From an uncultured bacterium (lineage in GTDB: Bacteria > Patescibacteriota > Patescibacteriia > Patescibacteriales > UBA12465): DNA of 64,000 nt. The notes under the pieces are model-generated. The model was not told where the DNA came from and made no database searches. It saw only the letters and a list, made by a program, of their open reading frames with translations. The translations under genes and the position numbers were made by a program. Each line of letters starts with the position of its first letter. The stretch's first letter is position 1. Below are positions 44,013-54,558 of the stretch, piece by piece. The DNA is taken from positions 1,627 to 65,626 of the forward strand of contig CALKWQ010000015.1 in NCBI GenBank assembly GCA_938003925.1, read 5' to 3'.

Positions 44013-45533
44013 TTATTGCACCACCTCCACCTTGATGCGATCAGCTAAACTGGGCGCGCGCTTGATAAAAGCTGGAAAAAAGATGAGTTCATAGCTCTCT
44101 ACTTCGGGAAAAGCGCTGAGATATTCTGAAATTTGCGCTTGATTGAGATTAACCAATTGTCGCTTATCAATAATATCAGCATCGGTACGCAAAGACATAC
44201 TACCTTTAAAACTGGCTGTAACCGTGCCTGAAGTGGTGGCTGCATCAACTACGTCTAAACGATAATTGATATCGTCCCCGGTAAACGAAGACAGGCGTTT
44301 GTCGTCGGGGAGCAAGAAAGCCAATTTGGCCTTCACCAAAGATTCCGCTTGTTCTTTAGCAAACAAAGCTACGGTTAGATTATTTTCAGCCGAAACAATA
44401 AATTCGGCTTTTTCCTCACCCAGTTTGGCGTCAACAGTGATAACGGCGGCATTGTCATCTAAAGCATAAGCTACGGCTTGATTACCGCCACCTAAGCCAC
44501 TGAGAGCTTTTTCTGCTTTAGCGCTTAAGGTCTTCTTAATGTCGCTCATAGCCTGATCTAAGTCACGCTGCTTGACATAGTGTTTAACTTGGTGACGATA
44601 TTCAAAAGCTTCTTCACTGGTAGCATAAATCTTATCCTGCAAACCTAACCAGAGACCAGGAATAGTAAAACGGGTTGGAGCAATCGCCATATCTTCAGTG
44701 GCTTGATCGGCATAGACCGCCACCTTTACCGTGCCTCCCGCTGGAATGTTAACAGCCTCTTGTAAACGGAATAATTTATTATCAGCGCTTAATAAGCGAG
44801 TTTTAGCTACCAACGGCTGCGCCTTGTTATATTCATTATGTAAAGTCACTTCTCCTACCACCTCTTCACCCAAAATCTCTTCCCCGCTGGCCTCATAAAC
44901 TTTTTCGGCACTTAGAGGCAAGACCTGAATTTCTCCGGCTAAGTTACGACTGTTATTAGTTTCTAATTCATCATCTTCACTGCCCGGAGCAGCAATACGG
45001 AAAGACATGGTGTCAGCCACTACCTCCGCGCTCGGATAGAGTTTAATGGTTAAGCTGGGTAGAAAAAAATAGGCTACAACCAATAATAATAAAACCGTCA
45101 AAGCAATAAACTGAAAAGCGATGCGACGATAAAGATTGAGGGATTTGTGTTTACCAATTTTATCACCTAAAACGAGACCAGTTTCGGGCAAAGTTCCGCG
45201 CAAAGACTTTCCGCCTTTCTTGTCTTTCATCTCAGCTACTAAATCGGAAAAGAATTTTTTCTGTACATCTAAACCGGCGCGCTCTTCAGCATCATCAGCC
45301 GGCAACTCTGCTAAAGGCTGGCGAAACAAAACTTCTTCGTCGTCCGCTATAACATCAATAGTAATGGGTCGGGCTTTGGGTAGTGACGACTCTTTTTTGT
45401 CTACTCGCTTCACGCGAGGTTTTTTGACCGATACCTTTTTAGTGGCATCTTTTTTTAATTTAGGCATAAGCTTGTTTCCTCCGGACAAGCCGGTTACGTA
45501 TGAAGAATAATGAGGCTGCATAATAACAGCCAA
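44013..45533 (-). CDS. hypothetical membrane-anchored protein (506 aa)
   Basis: Long ORF with a basic N-terminal region and a single TM (FIALTVLLLLVVAYFF). Start uncertain (MPKLKKD is possible). Confidence 0.6.
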   Translation of the reverse strand: MAVIMQPHYSSYVTGLSGGNKLMPKLKKDATKKVSVKKPRVKRVDKKESSLPKARPITIDVIADDEEVLFRQPLAELPADDAEERAGLDVQKKFFSDLVAEMKDKKGGKSLRGTLPETGLVLGDKIGKHKSLNLYRRIAFQFIALTVLLLLVVAYFFLPSLTIKLYPSAEVVADTMSFRIAAPGSEDDELETNNSRNLAGEIQVLPLSAEKVYEASGEEILGEEVVGEVTLHNEYNKAQPLVAKTRLLSADNKLFRLQEAVNIPAGGTVKVAVYADQATEDMAIAPTRFTIPGLWLGLQDKIYATSEEAFEYRHQVKHYVKQRDLDQAMSDIKKTLSAKAEKALSGLGGGNQAVAYALDDNAAVITVDAKLGEEKAEFIVSAENNLTVALFAKEQAESLVKAKLAFLLPDDKRLSSFTGDDINYRLDVVDAATTSGTVTASFKGSMSLRTDADIIDKRQLVNLNQAQISEYLSAFPEVESYELIFFPAFIKRAPSLADRIKVEVVQ

Positions 45534-45585
45534 CAGATATTTTTATTATAACAAATTTTTTCCGGACTAACAATTTATTTATTTT

Positions 45586-48500
45586 TTATACCGACATCTC
45601 TTCCGTCTCTGGTTCTATCACCTGTACAGTTTCACCTAAAGCGGAACGCAAGCGCAACCTGAGTGCGGTTGAATTCTCAACAGTGAGCGCAATTTTTAAC
45701 ACGTGATCGTTTTTCCCCTCCGGCACCCGTAGATAAACCGAGTTTGGTCCGGGATAAGCACTTAAAATATCTTTTAAAATAAGCTGCTCGGACGCTGTTG
45801 GTGGCACAGGAAAAGCTATGCGTAAAGCTGGTTCAACCACCGCCGATGTTACCGTTGGCGCCGGTGTTGGTTGAACGACTGATGCCGTTGCCGAGGGGCG
45901 CTGCCAAGTGGCTCCACCAGCCTGTCTATGATTACGCCAGCGATTATTGTCCTTATTAGCCAACAGGGTACGCTTAAAATCATCAATGGAAGTTTGTGGC
46001 TGGTCTGGATCCAAAGGCCCGGCTTGATCGACTAAAATTTTTAAATCTGTATCTTTTTCGGACAAACGACCGCGAGCGATAACCAAGCGTCCATCACGCC
46101 ATAATTCTAGAGTGTTTTTCAATAAACCAGGAAAGATTAAAAGCTCCACACTGCCACTCTTATCTTCAATTTTTACAAACATCATAGTCTCGCCTTTGCG
46201 CGTTATAATCTTCTTCATCGTAGTAATTACCCCAGCTACTGCCACCGCGTCATCGCCACGATGTTGACCTAAGCGGGATAAAGGAATACAAAATCCCTGT
46301 AGGTATGAAGCGAACATAGACAAAGGATTGTCACTGATATAGAGTCCGAGTAATTCTTTTTCCCAAGTCAACTTATCCATCGGCGCTACTGCTGGGGCAT
46401 CTAATAACTGAGGCCTGGCTAAACCGCTGAAATCAGCACTGGCAGCAAACAGACTGCTTTGCCGACTCTCCTGCTGTTTAGACTGCTCTTTATTAAACAA
46501 CAAGAATTTTTCCAAATTAGCTAACAATAATCCGCGCTCGCCAAAGCTTTCGCAGGCGCCGCTTTTGATCAAACTTTCCAAGGATTTTTTATTCAAATCT
46601 TTGTCATTAACTCGTTCCAGTAAGTCAAACATATCAGCAAAAGGACCGTGCTGTTTGCGCTCATTAATCAAAACTTCCACAATGTGCTCCCCGACATTTT
46701 TAATAGCATTGAGTCCGAAGCGAATAGTGTCCACCTTTTCATCGGCGGCGGCTGCCCGATTTTCTTTAGTCCCAGCGGTGACCACTGTAAACGAGTCAAA
46801 CGATTCATTCACGTCTGGAGCCATAACCTTAAGTCCCATGCTGCGACACTCCTCAATTTCAATCGCGACCCGATCACTATCATGCTGATCTGAAGTCAGA
46901 AGAGCGGCCATGAATTCCACCGGCCAATGAGCTTTAAGATAAGCGGTTTGATAACCAATCATGGCATAACAAGCCGCGTGACTACGGTTAAAACCATAAC
47001 CAGCGAAAGGTTCGATAAACGAAAAGACTTTTTCCGCTAATTCCTTATGGATACCATTTTTAACGCAACCGTCGATAAACTTCTCTTTCTGCTCAGCTAA
47101 CAAGGCGGGAATTTTTTTGCCCATCGCTTTGCGCAACACGTCTGCTTCACCGGGGGTAAAGCCAGCCAAGGCGCGAGAAATTTGCATGACTTGCTCCTGA
47201 TAAATAGCCACACCATAAGTACGAGCCAAAATAGGTTCCAGCTTCGGATGCAGATAAGAAACCTTTTTGTCGCCATGCTTGCCGCTAATATAATCGGGAA
47301 TCCACTCCATCGGTCCGGGACGATACAGCGCCACCATCGCAATAATATCTTCAAATTCATTAGGTTTCAGTTCGCGCAAGTAGCGCTTCATGCCCGATGA
47401 TTCAAACTGAAAGACACCGGTAGTTTCCCCTTTTTGAAATAAATGGTAAGTTTCTTGATCGTGTAGCGGTAAATTATCAATATCTATTTCTAGGCCACGG
47501 GTTTTTTTAATAATCCTTAAAGCGGACTCAATAATGGTTAAATTTTTTAAACCTAAAAAGTCCATTTTCAATAAACCCAAATCTTCTACCGGGTGTAAAG
47601 AATATTGAGAAATAATACTTTTATCCGCAGAAGAGGCATATTGAATCGGCACATATTCAGTCAATGGCTTAGGTGTAATCAGCACTCCGCAAGCATGGGT
47701 GGAAGAATGACGGGCTACACCTTCTAAGCGCTTGGCATAATCCAAAATTCGCTTCGCCTCTGGATCATTCTGATACATTTCCTTCACTTCCGGCACCTCG
47801 GCTAAAGCTTTACTGAGGGTGGTGAACATGGGTATGCTCTTGGAAATCTTATCGCAAAAATCATAGGGCGCTCCTAACACGCGGCCAACATCGCGAACAG
47901 CCGCACGGGCTGCCATGGTTCCGAAAGTAATAATCTGAGCTACGTGATCTTGCCCGTATTTCTGTTCCACGTAATTTAACACATCGGCTCGACGGATATC
48001 GGCAAAATCCATATCAATATCAGGCATGGAGATGCGATCCGGATTTAAGAAACGCTCAAACAACAAATCATACAACAAGGGGTCAAGGTTAGTAATACCG
48101 GTCAAATAACAGACCAAAGAACCAGCCGCACTACCACGGCCAGGTCCAACCACCACTTTATTGTCTTTAGCCCAGTTAACAAAATCGGAAACGATTAAAA
48201 AGTAAGCCGGCCAACCCATTTTTGCCACCACTCCTAACTCATAATCCAACCGCTCCCGAATCCTATCCACAGACAAACCGTGAGGAATTTCCGTCTGCCC
48301 CGCTTTTAAATGATAATCATCGCCTGATTTAATCAAGCCATATTTTTTCTCCAAACCACGCTCGCACAAATAACGCAAATAAGAATTACCGTCATGGCCT
48401 TCTGGCACCTCAAAGGAAGGTAGCTGAATTTCACCCAGAGGAATGTCTAAATTACACATCTCAGCAATTTTGACTGTATTAGCAATAGCTTCAGGCACGT

Positions 48501-49269
48501 GAGCAAAAGCTTTTTCCATCTCCGCCGCCGGACGCATAGAGTAATCGCCGTGGCCGATCATACGCATGCGGTCAGTATCATCAATCTTCTTCTTATTCTG
48601 CAAACACAACAAAATATCTTGCGCCTCCGCATCTTCCGGTCGGAAATAATGCACATCATTGGTAGCTACCAGGGGCACGCCTAACTCCTTAGAAAAAGCG
48701 ATTAACTGCTGATTGACTTTTTCCTGACCCTCTAGCTCCGGATGATCCATGATTTCTAAATAATAGTGATCGGGACCGAATAATTCACTATACTCCAAGA
48801 TTCTTTGCCTAGCTTTGGTTAATTCGCCATTTAAAATTAAGTGAGAAATTTCTCCCCCCAAACAAGCACTGGTAGCAATTAATCCTTCATGATGCTTAGT
48901 CAGCAAATCCCAGTCTATCCTCGGTTTGTAATAAAAGCCCTCTAAGTGCGCCAAAGACACCAACTTAATTAAATTCTTGTAACCGGTATTATTTTCAGCC
49001 AAGAGCACTAAGTGATGACTGCGACCATCAGCCCGAGTATTTTTATCGTGTCGCGAAGCCGGAGCTAAATATGCCTCTACCCCGATAATCGGCTTCACAC
49101 CCGCCTTCTTGCACTTTTGATAAAATTCAATGGCACCATAAAGTACACCGTGGTCGGTGATGGCAACAGCGTTACTACCCTCCTCTTTAGCGCGGCCAAC
49201 TAGCTCGTCTATTTTAGTTAAGCCGTCTAATAAAGAATAATGGGTATGATTATGGAGGTGGACAAACAT
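45586..49269 (-). CDS. dnaE: DNA polymerase III alpha subunit
   Basis: 1227 aa. N-terminal PHP domain (FVHLHNHTHYSLLDG), palm/fingers (DIDMDF, GLLKMDFLGL), OB fold near the C-terminus. Confidence 0.93.
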   Translation of the reverse strand: MFVHLHNHTHYSLLDGLTKIDELVGRAKEEGSNAVAITDHGVLYGAIEFYQKCKKAGVKPIIGVEAYLAPASRHDKNTRADGRSHHLVLLAENNTGYKNLIKLVSLAHLEGFYYKPRIDWDLLTKHHEGLIATSACLGGEISHLILNGELTKARQRILEYSELFGPDHYYLEIMDHPELEGQEKVNQQLIAFSKELGVPLVATNDVHYFRPEDAEAQDILLCLQNKKKIDDTDRMRMIGHGDYSMRPAAEMEKAFAHVPEAIANTVKIAEMCNLDIPLGEIQLPSFEVPEGHDGNSYLRYLCERGLEKKYGLIKSGDDYHLKAGQTEIPHGLSVDRIRERLDYELGVVAKMGWPAYFLIVSDFVNWAKDNKVVVGPGRGSAAGSLVCYLTGITNLDPLLYDLLFERFLNPDRISMPDIDMDFADIRRADVLNYVEQKYGQDHVAQIITFGTMAARAAVRDVGRVLGAPYDFCDKISKSIPMFTTLSKALAEVPEVKEMYQNDPEAKRILDYAKRLEGVARHSSTHACGVLITPKPLTEYVPIQYASSADKSIISQYSLHPVEDLGLLKMDFLGLKNLTIIESALRIIKKTRGLEIDIDNLPLHDQETYHLFQKGETTGVFQFESSGMKRYLRELKPNEFEDIIAMVALYRPGPMEWIPDYISGKHGDKKVSYLHPKLEPILARTYGVAIYQEQVMQISRALAGFTPGEADVLRKAMGKKIPALLAEQKEKFIDGCVKNGIHKELAEKVFSFIEPFAGYGFNRSHAACYAMIGYQTAYLKAHWPVEFMAALLTSDQHDSDRVAIEIEECRSMGLKVMAPDVNESFDSFTVVTAGTKENRAAAADEKVDTIRFGLNAIKNVGEHIVEVLINERKQHGPFADMFDLLERVNDKDLNKKSLESLIKSGACESFGERGLLLANLEKFLLFNKEQSKQQESRQSSLFAASADFSGLARPQLLDAPAVAPMDKLTWEKELLGLYISDNPLSMFASYLQGFCIPLSRLGQHRGDDAVAVAGVITTMKKIITRKGETMMFVKIEDKSGSVELLIFPGLLKNTLELWRDGRLVIARGRLSEKDTDLKILVDQAGPLDPDQPQTSIDDFKRTLLANKDNNRWRNHRQAGGATWQRPSATASVVQPTPAPTVTSAVVEPALRIAFPVPPTASEQLILKDILSAYPGPNSVYLRVPEGKNDHVLKIALTVENSTALRLRLRSALGETVQVIEPETEEMSV

Positions 49270-49414
49270 GAATTAGATAAAAATTAAGCTTATTTTATCT
49301 TTAAACTATACCAATTTTAAACGGAGCGGGCAATCTTGCCAAAAGCGCCTTAATCTGCCTTCGGAATATAAAAAAGAGGCTATTCCCTCCTTTTTTATAA
49401 TTTTTTACCAACCT

Positions 49415-50290
49415 TTATTGTTGAATCTTCTCTAAAATATTGCCCAACTCTTCCTCGCTATAAAAATCTAAAACCACTCGCCCGCCCCGACCAGCACGAA
49501 TAATTCTCGCCTTAGTGCCAAAGAAAGAGCGTAGAGTATTTTCCTTATCCTGATCAGCGTAATTAATCGTCACCCGTGCTGCCTTGGTACCGCCTAAACG
49601 CTTAGTCTCCTCGTAAGTCTGCAACACTGACAGATTTTGATTAATAATTTTCTTAAACAAGATAGATTGTTGCGTCGGATTAGTGATGCCCAGAAGATAT
49701 TTGGCATGAGCTTCAGTAATGCGACCGGCGCTTAGAGCAGTCTGTATGTCTACTGGTAGTTCCAATAGCCTCAAAGTATTGGCTAAACTAGAACGAGCTT
49801 TACCCGCTTTCTTTGCAGTCTCTTCTTGAGTGAGATTAAATTCATCCATTAAGCGTCGATAAGCGCGCGCGGTTTCAATCGGATCTAAATCTTGGCGTTG
49901 TAAATTTTCGATTAAAGCTAACTCCAATTTTTTTTGCTCGCTTGCTTCCCTAATCAATACCGGCACTGTTTTTAGGCCCAAGGCTTTAGCGCTGCGCCAA
50001 CGACGTTCGCCGGCAATCAACTCGTATGCACCTTCTTTCCGTGTTACCACCAAAGGCTGTAAAATTCCATGCTCCTTAATAGAATCCATTAATTCTTGCA
50101 AAGCAATTTCATTAAAATTATGTCTAGGCTGATAGGGATTTATGACAATTTCTTCCGGCCGAAGATGAAAAATCCTGTCAGCCTCAGTAATAACTGTGCT
50201 GCCGCTATTTTGATCGGCGCCACTAACAGCGGTCTCAAAAGTTTTCTTAGGAATCAGAGAGCCTAAACCGCGGCCTAAAGCTTGGGACAT
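49415..50290 (-). CDS. parB: chromosome partitioning protein ParB
   Basis: GILQPLVV...ELIAGERRWRSAK ParB box and HTH (LTQEETAKKAGKARSSLANTLRLL). Confidence 0.9.
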   Translation of the reverse strand: MSQALGRGLGSLIPKKTFETAVSGADQNSGSTVITEADRIFHLRPEEIVINPYQPRHNFNEIALQELMDSIKEHGILQPLVVTRKEGAYELIAGERRWRSAKALGLKTVPVLIREASEQKKLELALIENLQRQDLDPIETARAYRRLMDEFNLTQEETAKKAGKARSSLANTLRLLELPVDIQTALSAGRITEAHAKYLLGITNPTQQSILFKKIINQNLSVLQTYEETKRLGGTKAARVTINYADQDKENTLRSFFGTKARIIRAGRGGRVVLDFYSEEELGNILEKIQQ

Positions 50291-50313
50291 AATTTTAGAT
50301 TAAATAAAGTAAT

Positions 50314-51078
50314 TTAAGAGGTCAAAGCTAAAATTTCTTGAGCTAAATCAGCATAAGCTTTAGCGCCGCTAGACTTAGGATCGTAATGCAAAATACTACG
50401 ACCATAACTTGGCGCTTCAGCCAGTTTAACGCTACGAGGAATCACGGTGTTAAAAATCTTACCAGGGAAAAATTTACGCAATTCTTCCAAGACGGCGCCG
50501 GACAGTTTATTGCGCCGATCAAACATGGTCGCCACCGCACCCATAATGCTTAAAGACGGCTTTAAATTATCTTGCACCAACTGTACCGTTTCCAACAATT
50601 GACCCAATCCTTCTAAAGCATAATACTCGCTCTGAATAGGAATAAGGACTGTATCGGCTGCTACCAGGCTATTTACCGTTAATAAGCCCAAAGAAGGTGG
50701 ACCATCAATAATAACGTAATCATATTCCGCACGTATTTCTTCTAACAGTAGGGCTAAACGAAACTCGCGGTTTTCCAAGGATATCAGCTCAATGCCCGCA
50801 CCCGCTAATGAGACGGTGGCAGGAGCTACGCTGTAGCGTGGTTGCTTAGTGCGCTTAATAATCGCTGTCATCTTTTTCTGTCCTAACAAAGCCTCGTATA
50901 AACCAGCCTCAAGCTTCTGATGTTCAATGCCTAAGCCGGAAGTAGCATTAGCCTGGGGATCAAGATCAACCAACAAGACCTCTTTACCAGCTTCCGCTAG
51001 ATAAGCGCCCAAATTGACCGTGGTGGTAGTTTTGCCCACCCCACCCTTCTGATTCACAATTGCAATTATTTTCCCCAT
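50314..51078 (-). CDS. parA: chromosome partitioning ATPase ParA/Soj
   Basis: Deviant Walker A NQKGGVGKTTT. 254 aa. Confidence 0.9.
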   Translation of the reverse strand: MGKIIAIVNQKGGVGKTTTTVNLGAYLAEAGKEVLLVDLDPQANATSGLGIEHQKLEAGLYEALLGQKKMTAIIKRTKQPRYSVAPATVSLAGAGIELISLENREFRLALLLEEIRAEYDYVIIDGPPSLGLLTVNSLVAADTVLIPIQSEYYALEGLGQLLETVQLVQDNLKPSLSIMGAVATMFDRRNKLSGAVLEELRKFFPGKIFNTVIPRSVKLAEAPSYGRSILHYDPKSSGAKAYADLAQEILALTS

Positions 51079-51216
51079 AGAAGAAAAGCGTCAATTTTAG
51101 TAAAAAATTAATAAAATCAAGCAAACAGCTAAATTTATTATAACCTAAAAATTAGGCTTTGACAATTAAAAAAACTATCAAACAGGCGCGACTAGACATA
51201 AGCTCTAAATCTATCT

Positions 51217-51245
51217 TTGACAAGCAAAAAAATGTTTATTATACT
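51217..51245 (+). promoter_or_regulatory. sigma70-type promoter TTGACA-N17-TATACT for tRNA-Leu
   Basis: TTGACA at 51217-51222, 17-nt spacer, TATACT at 51240-51245, about 48 nt before the tRNA. Confidence 0.5.
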
Positions 51246-51293
51246 GATATCTGTAATAAATTGCCCCTAGTAATTAGGCAATTTATTCATATA

Positions 51294-51377
51294 GCCGCGG
51301 TGGCGGAACTGGTAGACGCGCACGACTCAAACTCGTGTGGGGGAGACTCCGTGAGGGTTCGATTCCCTCTCGCGGCA
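51294..51377 (+). tRNA. tRNA-Leu (anticodon CAA), type II with long variable arm
   Basis: Hand-folded. Acceptor GCCGCGG/UCGCGGC, anticodon arm CACGA-CUCAAAC-UCGUG, variable arm UGGGGGAGACUCCGU, T arm GAGGG-UUCGAUU-CCCUC, discriminator A. Confidence 0.9.
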
Positions 51378-51380
51378 CAT

Positions 51381-51406
51381 AAAAAAGACCCGTCAGGGTC
51401 TTTTTG
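51381..51406. terminator. bidirectional intrinsic terminator
   Basis: aaaaaaGACCCgtcaGGGTCttttt. Confidence 0.65.
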
Positions 51407-51425
51407 TTATCTTTATTTAAGATTA

Positions 51426-51779
51426 TTATTTAACTTTCTGGAACCTGACGGTAAATACCGGTTCATATTCAACCTTATTATCATCTACCACCTTAACTTC
51501 CTCGCCTTTAGTTAGTTGAGTTAGGGCAATATCACTCAGCATTTGTTTGTCACCAGCAATGTTCAGTTTTAGCCCTTCCAACTTATCAAACTCTTCTTTT
51601 AAATCCGCCTTAACGGCGGCCTCAATTTGCTTTTTCTTAATCTTTAAAGCTTCTAATTCGTCTACAGCCGCTTGATAATTGCCATTGATGGATAAGGCGT
51701 CACGATACATTTTTTTTAAATCGCGCTGGCTTTTCTGCTGTTCTTGCAAGCGACGGAAAACTTCATTTAGTTGAGACAT
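51426..51779 (-). CDS. hypothetical coiled-coil protein (117 aa)
   Basis: ORF rich in heptad-like K/E/L. No family recognised. Confidence 0.55.
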   Translation of the reverse strand: MSQLNEVFRRLQEQQKSQRDLKKMYRDALSINGNYQAAVDELEALKIKKKQIEAAVKADLKEEFDKLEGLKLNIAGDKQMLSDIALTQLTKGEEVKVVDDNKVEYEPVFTVRFQKVK

Positions 51780-51835
51780 AGAGTAATATAAAAAATGAAT
51801 GAATAAGAATGATTATAGCACAAGCCAAATAGAAA

Positions 51836-51865
51836 AGAAAAAAGAGTTGCTAAAACTCTTTTTTA
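51836..51865 (-). terminator. intrinsic terminator of mnmA
   Basis: Minus strand AAGAGTT-TTAGC-AACTCTT followed by TTTTTC. Confidence 0.55.
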
Positions 51866-51881
51866 TTAATCACTTACCCTA

Positions 51882-52967
51882 TTAATCAATCACCCCGCCA
51901 CCCAAAACTCGCCGGTTCTGATAAAAAACTGCACTCTGACCAACAGTCACCGCTCTAGTAGTTTGACGCAAATGCACTGATAGTTCTCCGGCTTTTTTAC
52001 CCTTTACAACAACACAGGCGATTGGTGGATGACCATAACGAATAACTACCTGGCAGCGTAAAGGCAGTACTGGCGCCTTCCGATCCAACCAGCCAGCTCT
52101 CACCACTCTGAAATCGCGACGATACAATAATTGATCATCCCAAGTCCTCACCACCCACAAGGTATTGGTCGCGTGATCTATATCGGAGACATAATAAGGT
52201 CCAGTGCCGCCAACTTCAATGCCGCGACGCTGGCCGACAGTATATAAAGGCAAGCCCTGATGCTCGCCAATGACTACTCCATCCTCTAAGCGCTTAATTT
52301 TACCAGGCTTTAACTTTAAATGACGCTTTAAAAAATTATTGTGCGGCCCTGATAAAAAACAGATATCTTGGCTTTCGGATTTAGAGGCGGTAGGTAATCC
52401 GTACTTAGCCGCTAAAGCCCGAACTTGGGGTTTAGTATAATTACCCAAGGGAAAATACAAATGTTTGAGTTCAGACTGGGTAAAGGTGTATAGAAAATAG
52501 GACTGATCTTTATGCGCATCTTTAGCTCGGAAAACCCTAGCCTCACCCTCTTTATCCAATCTTTTTAAATAATGACCACTAGCCACTCCGTCATAACCCA
52601 AGGCGCGAGCATGCTTTAAGAGTAATCCCAACTTAATCTGTTTGTTACAAACTACACAAGGATTAGGCGTGCGTCCCGCAGCATATTCTGCTAAAAAATA
52701 ATCAACCACCGCAGCTTTGAATTCACGCGCAAAATTAAAAGAGAAAATAGGTATGCCAATTTTAGTCGCTACAGTCTTGGCGTCTAAAAACGATTCCAAA
52801 GAACAGCATTTATTCTCCGCTTTATCCGGAGACGTCTCGTCCTTCCAAAAATGCAAAAAAACACCAGCCACTTCATGACCCTGGTTCTTTAACAACTGAG
52901 CCGCCACCGAAGAATCAACCCCGCCTGACATAGCCACCAATATTTTTAATTTTTTCTGTTTAGTCAT
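51882..52967 (-). CDS. mnmA: tRNA 2-thiouridine(34) synthase MnmA
   Basis: PP-loop VAMSGGVDSSV, catalytic Cys regions (NPCVVCN, DICFL). Start at MTKQKK (52967), 4 nt after the dtd stop. Confidence 0.9.
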   Translation of the reverse strand: MTKQKKLKILVAMSGGVDSSVAAQLLKNQGHEVAGVFLHFWKDETSPDKAENKCCSLESFLDAKTVATKIGIPIFSFNFAREFKAAVVDYFLAEYAAGRTPNPCVVCNKQIKLGLLLKHARALGYDGVASGHYLKRLDKEGEARVFRAKDAHKDQSYFLYTFTQSELKHLYFPLGNYTKPQVRALAAKYGLPTASKSESQDICFLSGPHNNFLKRHLKLKPGKIKRLEDGVVIGEHQGLPLYTVGQRRGIEVGGTGPYYVSDIDHATNTLWVVRTWDDQLLYRRDFRVVRAGWLDRKAPVLPLRCQVVIRYGHPPIACVVVKGKKAGELSVHLRQTTRAVTVGQSAVFYQNRRVLGGGVID

Positions 52968-52971
52968 GAAT

Positions 52972-53409
52972 TTAAACTTCCACAATGACGGTGGTTGGAC
53001 CGTCGTTAACGAGACTAATTTGCATATAAGCTCCAAAAGAGCCCAATAAAGTCTGTACACCCTGAGCTCGCAGCGATTCAGCTACCAATTCAAATAAAAG
53101 CAGGGCTGCTTCCGGACGGGCTGAGTGCACAAAACTAGGGCGATTGCCCTGACTGCAGTCACCGTAAAGAGTGAACTGGGAGACTAACAGCAAGGGCTGT
53201 TGTTTATCCAACAAAGATAAATTTAGCTTGCCATCACCATCTTCAATAATGCGCAACTTCGCTAACTTATCTGCCATTTTCTTAGCTTGTTCAGGTTGAT
53301 CGCCCACCTTAACGGCCAATAAAACTAAAAAGCCCTCATCAATACGGTTAATCTCTAAGCCATCTACACTGACGGCGGCATTTTTAACTTTTTGCACGAC
53401 AGCGCGCAT
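52972..53409 (-). CDS. dtd: D-aminoacyl-tRNA deacylase
   Basis: MRAVVQKV...LLVSQFTLYGD...GRPSF...NDGPTT(V): classic Dtd motifs. 145 aa. Confidence 0.9.
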   Translation of the reverse strand: MRAVVQKVKNAAVSVDGLEINRIDEGFLVLLAVKVGDQPEQAKKMADKLAKLRIIEDGDGKLNLSLLDKQQPLLLVSQFTLYGDCSQGNRPSFVHSARPEAALLLFELVAESLRAQGVQTLLGSFGAYMQISLVNDGPTTVIVEV

Positions 53410-53412
53410 ACT

Positions 53413-54555
53413 CTAAAGTTTATTAAATAATTCTAAATACTGTTTAGCAGTTTTTTCCCAAGAAAACTGCTTGACTTGTTCTTGGCCAGCCTTAATTAAA
53501 TGAGTCTTTAACTCTGAGCTAGTCACCACCAGTTCCATCGCTTTAGCTATTTCATTAATGTCGTGCGGATTAATGGCTAAGGCTGCTGATCCCACCACTT
53601 CTGGCAAGCTAGACACATTACTGGTAATAACCGGCAAATTGCGCGACATCGCCTCTAAAGGGGGTAAGCCAAAACCCTCGTAATAGGAAGGATAAACAAA
53701 CACTTCGGCGCGCCTGTATAACAACTCTTTCTCCCGAGGCGAAACGTAGCCTAAAAATTTAATATCGCGACGATAAGGCGAGGCTTCCCAAGCGCGATAA
53801 ATATGACGATTGCGCCAGCCGTTAGCGCCAGCTAGGACTAACTGCACATCAACCAAATTTACATTATCGTCACGCAAACGATTGTAGGCATAAATCAAAC
53901 CGGCAATATTTTTACGCGGCTCAATCGTCCCTAAATACAAGATAAAACGTGCTTTTAAGTCATGGCGACGAAAAAAATTACGTTCCTCCTCCGGCCCTGG
54001 CATCGGTACGCCCAGATTTAAACCAGAATAAATAGTATAGACCTTGTCTTCCGGCACCTGCAGTAATTCAATAATGTCTTGACGGGTATTTTCCGACACC
54101 GCTACGATAGCGGCGCACTTAGCCGCTAATTTCTTCAGGGCCAAAGCGCGGTGCCAAAAATTCTTGCGGTAACTGAAAAATTCTGGATAGTGCAAAAAAG
54201 AAATATCATGAATAGTTAAAACATGTTTAGTCGCTGGCGAAAGACGGGTAAAATTAATGTGTGGCGACCAAAAAATATCAGCTCCGCCAATCAATCGATC
54301 CAATCTTGGCCAGGCAGCGCCTTTCTGCAACAAGTAGTTAAAGAGACGATTGGGATAATGAGTCTGCTTGATGCTTAGGTGTGGGTGATCAAAAGTGCCA
54401 ACGCGCAAACTAACATCACGAAAAGAGTTATAGAACAGGCGGTAATCGTTATCCTGATCCAAGCGCAACATGGTCCGCAATAAAACAGAGCTGTATTCGG
54501 AAACTCCGCTATACTGCTTATCCATCAATACCCTAATGTCAACGCCGATCTTCAT
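53413..54555 (-). CDS. glycosyltransferase family 4
   Basis: YEGFGLPPLEAMSRNLPVITS E(x7)E region. Confidence 0.8.
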   Translation of the reverse strand: MKIGVDIRVLMDKQYSGVSEYSSVLLRTMLRLDQDNDYRLFYNSFRDVSLRVGTFDHPHLSIKQTHYPNRLFNYLLQKGAAWPRLDRLIGGADIFWSPHINFTRLSPATKHVLTIHDISFLHYPEFFSYRKNFWHRALALKKLAAKCAAIVAVSENTRQDIIELLQVPEDKVYTIYSGLNLGVPMPGPEEERNFFRRHDLKARFILYLGTIEPRKNIAGLIYAYNRLRDDNVNLVDVQLVLAGANGWRNRHIYRAWEASPYRRDIKFLGYVSPREKELLYRRAEVFVYPSYYEGFGLPPLEAMSRNLPVITSNVSSLPEVVGSAALAINPHDINEIAKAMELVVTSSELKTHLIKAGQEQVKQFSWEKTAKQYLELFNKL

Positions 54556-54558
54556 AGG

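Noticed and set aside
45586-46060. Extra ~150 aa after the OB fold at the DnaE C-terminus, considered as a possible novel domain.
   Set aside because: C-terminal tails of DnaE beyond the OB fold are variable and include tau- and beta-binding regions. I cannot tell by eye that this one is unusual.
51159-51515. Track ORF (+), 118 aa.
   Set aside because: It spans the tRNA-Leu gene and its terminator, so it is spurious.
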